A DNA stretch of 32,000 nucleotides from Candidatus Saccharimonadota bacterium (GTDB taxonomy: Bacteria > Pseudomonadota > Gammaproteobacteria > Enterobacterales > Enterobacteriaceae): NCBI GenBank assembly GCA_000217635.1, contig CP001817.1:150001-182000 (forward strand), read 5' to 3'. Shown one piece after another: positions 29,740 through 32,000 of this stretch. The position numbers were made by a program, and so were the translations under genes. The notes under the pieces were generated by a model. That model worked only from the letters and a program-made list of their open reading frames with translations, had not been told where the DNA came from and did not search any database. The stretch's first letter is position 1. Every line of letters starts with the position of its first letter.

Positions 29740-30296
29740 ATGATTAATTCATTAGTAGAATATGTTCGTGTTTCCATGAATAAATGTGTTATAGTTTTTC
29801 AAGATGATTTAAACAATATACGTGCTAATCATGTTACGCCATCATTATTAAAAAATATTTATATTGAATATTTTGGTGTTAAGACTTCGTTGTTCCAATT
29901 ATCTAATATTGTTGTAGAAGACAATAATACATTAAAAATAACATTATTTGACGAATCTATAAAAAATACAGTGGAAAAAGCTATTATAAATTCAAATTTA
30001 GGTTTTAATCCAATTTCGATAGATTCTATTATTCGTATTCCTGTTCCTATTTTATCTGAGGATAGAAGAAGAGAATTAGTAAAAATGATTAAAAAAGATT
30101 CTGAACATACCCGGGTTACAATAAGAAATATTAGGCGAGATGCGCATGAAAAGTTAAAAATTTTTTTAAAAAATAAAAAATAACACAAGATTTAATGCGA
30201 GATTATAAAAAAGAAATTCAAGATTGTACCGATATGTTTATTAAAAAAATTAATAAAATAGTTGCTCTCAAAGAAAATGAGTTAATGAATGTTTAA
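29740..30296 (+). CDS. frr: ribosome recycling factor, with a 1-nt frameshift in an A6 tract (uninterrupted ORF 29740..30183)
   Basis: The 147-aa ORF is collinear with E. coli RRF residues 1-147 ([29 protein letters not shown]...[18 protein letters not shown]...[12 protein letters not shown]). The -1 frame from 30180 gives [38 protein letters not shown] then a stop (TAA 30294-30296), collinear with E. coli [38 protein letters not shown]. Confidence 0.9.
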
Positions 30297-30709
30297 TAAA
30301 ATATATTTCATTTTTTTAATATTATTCAATTTAATTATTTAATATTATAATATTTTTTTAAAAATTATTAATTTTTAATTATTTGTATAATACTATAAAT
30401 ATATTAATTTTTTTAAACTCAGATATTGTAACTATTATATTATATTATTACGGTATTTTTTTTTGAATTTATTTGTCTTTATAATTTAATAGAGAATCTT
30501 TATTTCAATATCCATTAAAAATAGAAACATTTAACTAATAAAATACATTCAGAAAGATAATATTTTTTAAACTGTGCTAATTTACTTTTTAATTAATATT
30601 AAATAATATATAATTTTAAAATTAAAGGTGCTATAAAAAATATTTTATTAAAATTTGTAATGATATTTTTATTTTTTCGATTAATTATAAATAAATAAGT
30701 ATAATACAT

Positions 30710-32000
30710 ATGTTTCATAAAACTCTTGTTTTTTTAGGGATATTATTTTTTTCTACTGTTATTTTTCCTGTGCAATCGCGTCCTATTACACGTATTGTTT
30801 TTCATGGTTTAAATCATGCAGCTAATTTAAGTATTATAAAAAAAATTATGCTTGATCAACATAAACAGAAATCTTTACAAGATATAAATAATATTATAAA
30901 GACTTTATATAATACAAATTATTTTATTAATGTGCGTGTTAAAAAAATAAAAGAAACATTTTTTTTTTATGTGACAGAGTTTCCGAAAATAAAAAAAATA
31001 TTTTTTTCCGGGAACAATATACTTTCAGAAAGTTTTTTAAATAATAGTTTACATCGATTTGGTATTTTTGAAGATTATCCTTTTAATCTTAAAAAATACA
31101 ACGATTTTTTAAGTTTTTTAAAAGAATGCTATTATAATCGAGGTATTTTTGGTATTAAAATTAAACCTTTGTATACAAAATCTTTAAATAATAATGTTTC
31201 CATTAATATTAATGTTTATGAAAATGCCTTTTTTAACGTATCTGATATAAAAATTGTAGGTAATAAACAATACCCTAATGCTTTTATTTTAAAAAAATTT
31301 TTTCAATTTAATCGATATTTCTTTTTTCCTCGTTTTTTACAGAAACAGTATACCTTTTCTCAATTTAAAGAGCATTTATTAGAGTTAAAAAATTTTTATA
31401 AAAATAATGGTTACTTAAAAATTAAGATTAATCAACTTAAGGTTTTTGAAAATCAAGATCACAATAGCGTTTCTATCGTTATTGAATTATGTGAAGGTGA
31501 AAAATATACGTTTAAAAAAATTGTAACTCATCAGGTTAAATCAGAATATTTTAATAAAAATATAGATATAAAACGTGTTTTTATTCCTGCAGTTAATTTT
31601 CAAGAGTCTGATGTTTTATTTTTAAAGAAAAATAAAAAATTATATGCACATGTTGGGTTTTCTAATGTAAAAGTGACAATACGTCATGATATTAATGAAA
31701 TCGATAAATCTGTTATTATATATATTTTAATTGAACCTAAAGAACAGTTTTTTATAAATAAAATTTATTTTGTTGGGAATACAAAATCAAAATATTCATT
31801 TTTAAAAAAAATTATTAAAACATCAAAACACTCCTATTGTGATAAGTATACTATAAAAAAAAATTGTCAGTTATTACAAAATACTGACTTATTTAATACA
31901 GTATATTTTAAGACATATAAAGCAAAAGGTTTACTTAATACAATTAATGTATACTATGTTCTAGAAGATAAAAAAGACAATCAACTTGTATGTTCCGCAG
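30710..32000 (+). CDS. bamA: outer membrane protein assembly factor BamA, N-terminal 430 codons (continues beyond window end)
   Basis: Absent from the ORF track because it is open to the window edge. Hand translation from ATG 30710 has no stops. It shows a signal-peptide-like MFHKTLVFLGILFFSTVIFPVQS followed by POTRA-like repeats (ITRIVFHGLNH..., KIKKIFFSGNN..., VSDIKIVGNKQYPNAFILKKF..., FFINKIYFVGNTKSKYSFLKKII...) collinear with E. coli BamA (IHFEGLQR, ITFSGNK, INIVGNHAF, IRFEGNDTSKDAVLRRE). Contains an in-frame T10 (30959-30968). Confidence 0.85.
   Translation, partial: MFHKTLVFLGILFFSTVIFPVQSRPITRIVFHGLNHAANLSIIKKIMLDQHKQKSLQDINNIIKTLYNTNYFINVRVKKIKETFFFYVTEFPKIKKIFFSGNNILSESFLNNSLHRFGIFEDYPFNLKKYNDFLSFLKECYYNRGIFGIKIKPLYTKSLNNNVSININVYENAFFNVSDIKIVGNKQYPNAFILKKFFQFNRYFFFPRFLQKQYTFSQFKEHLLELKNFYKNNGYLKIKINQLKVFENQDHNSVSIVIELCEGEKYTFKKIVTHQVKSEYFNKNIDIKRVFIPAVNFQESDVLFLKKNKKLYAHVGFSNVKVTIRHDINEIDKSVIIYILIEPKEQFFINKIYFVGNTKSKYSFLKKIIKTSKHSYCDKYTIKKNCQLLQNTDLFNTVYFKTYKAKGLLNTINVYYVLEDKKDNQLVCSA

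Noticed and set aside
1-32000. Scan for tRNA/rRNA genes, CRISPR repeats, IS elements or phage/defence genes.
   Set aside because: No G/C-rich cloverleaf-sized islands in the spacers, no regularly spaced direct repeats and no transposase- or integrase-like ORFs. The window is core housekeeping DNA of a reduced genome.

Overview
This window is a gene-dense, extremely A+T-rich segment of a reduced gammaproteobacterial genome, and its intergenic DNA is almost free of G/C. Gene content, local gene order and protein sequences fit an obligate insect endosymbiont of the Buchnera aphidicola type, of the most reduced kind (organism assignment is inference). I can support 22 protein-coding loci: thrC(partial)-thrB-thrA, a decayed pcnB, dksA, truA, secA, aceE-aceF-lpdA, erpA, ftsZ-ftsA, rsmH, ilvH-ilvI, dapD, map, rpsB-tsf, frr and bamA(partial). 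I saw no rRNA, tRNA, CRISPR array or mobile element. thrC and bamA are missing from the ORF track only because they run off the window edges; I translated both by hand.

The main result of the hunt is that six otherwise well-conserved, mostly essential genes are each broken by one 1-nt length change in a short A or A/T homopolymer: secA, aceE, ftsZ, ftsA, ilvI and frr. In every case the displaced part is still open and collinear with the E. coli protein in the other frame. The most striking case is ftsZ, whose conserved C-terminal FtsA/ZipA-docking peptide ([10 protein letters not shown]) sits in the -1 frame just after the annotated stop. This suggests either slippage-based rescue (transcriptional or ribosomal) or homopolymer errors in the assembly, and the sequence alone cannot tell them apart. 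By contrast, pcnB in the same window is a true pseudogene with nonsense codons as well as frameshifts.

Several E. coli-type operons have gene-sized or collapsed holes:
- The whole ftsL-to-ftsQ cell-wall block is reduced to a 1.4-kb spacer.
- pyrH is replaced by a spacer of about its own length.
- dxr-ispU-cdsA-rseP are gone.
- gluQ, glnD and mraZ are gone.
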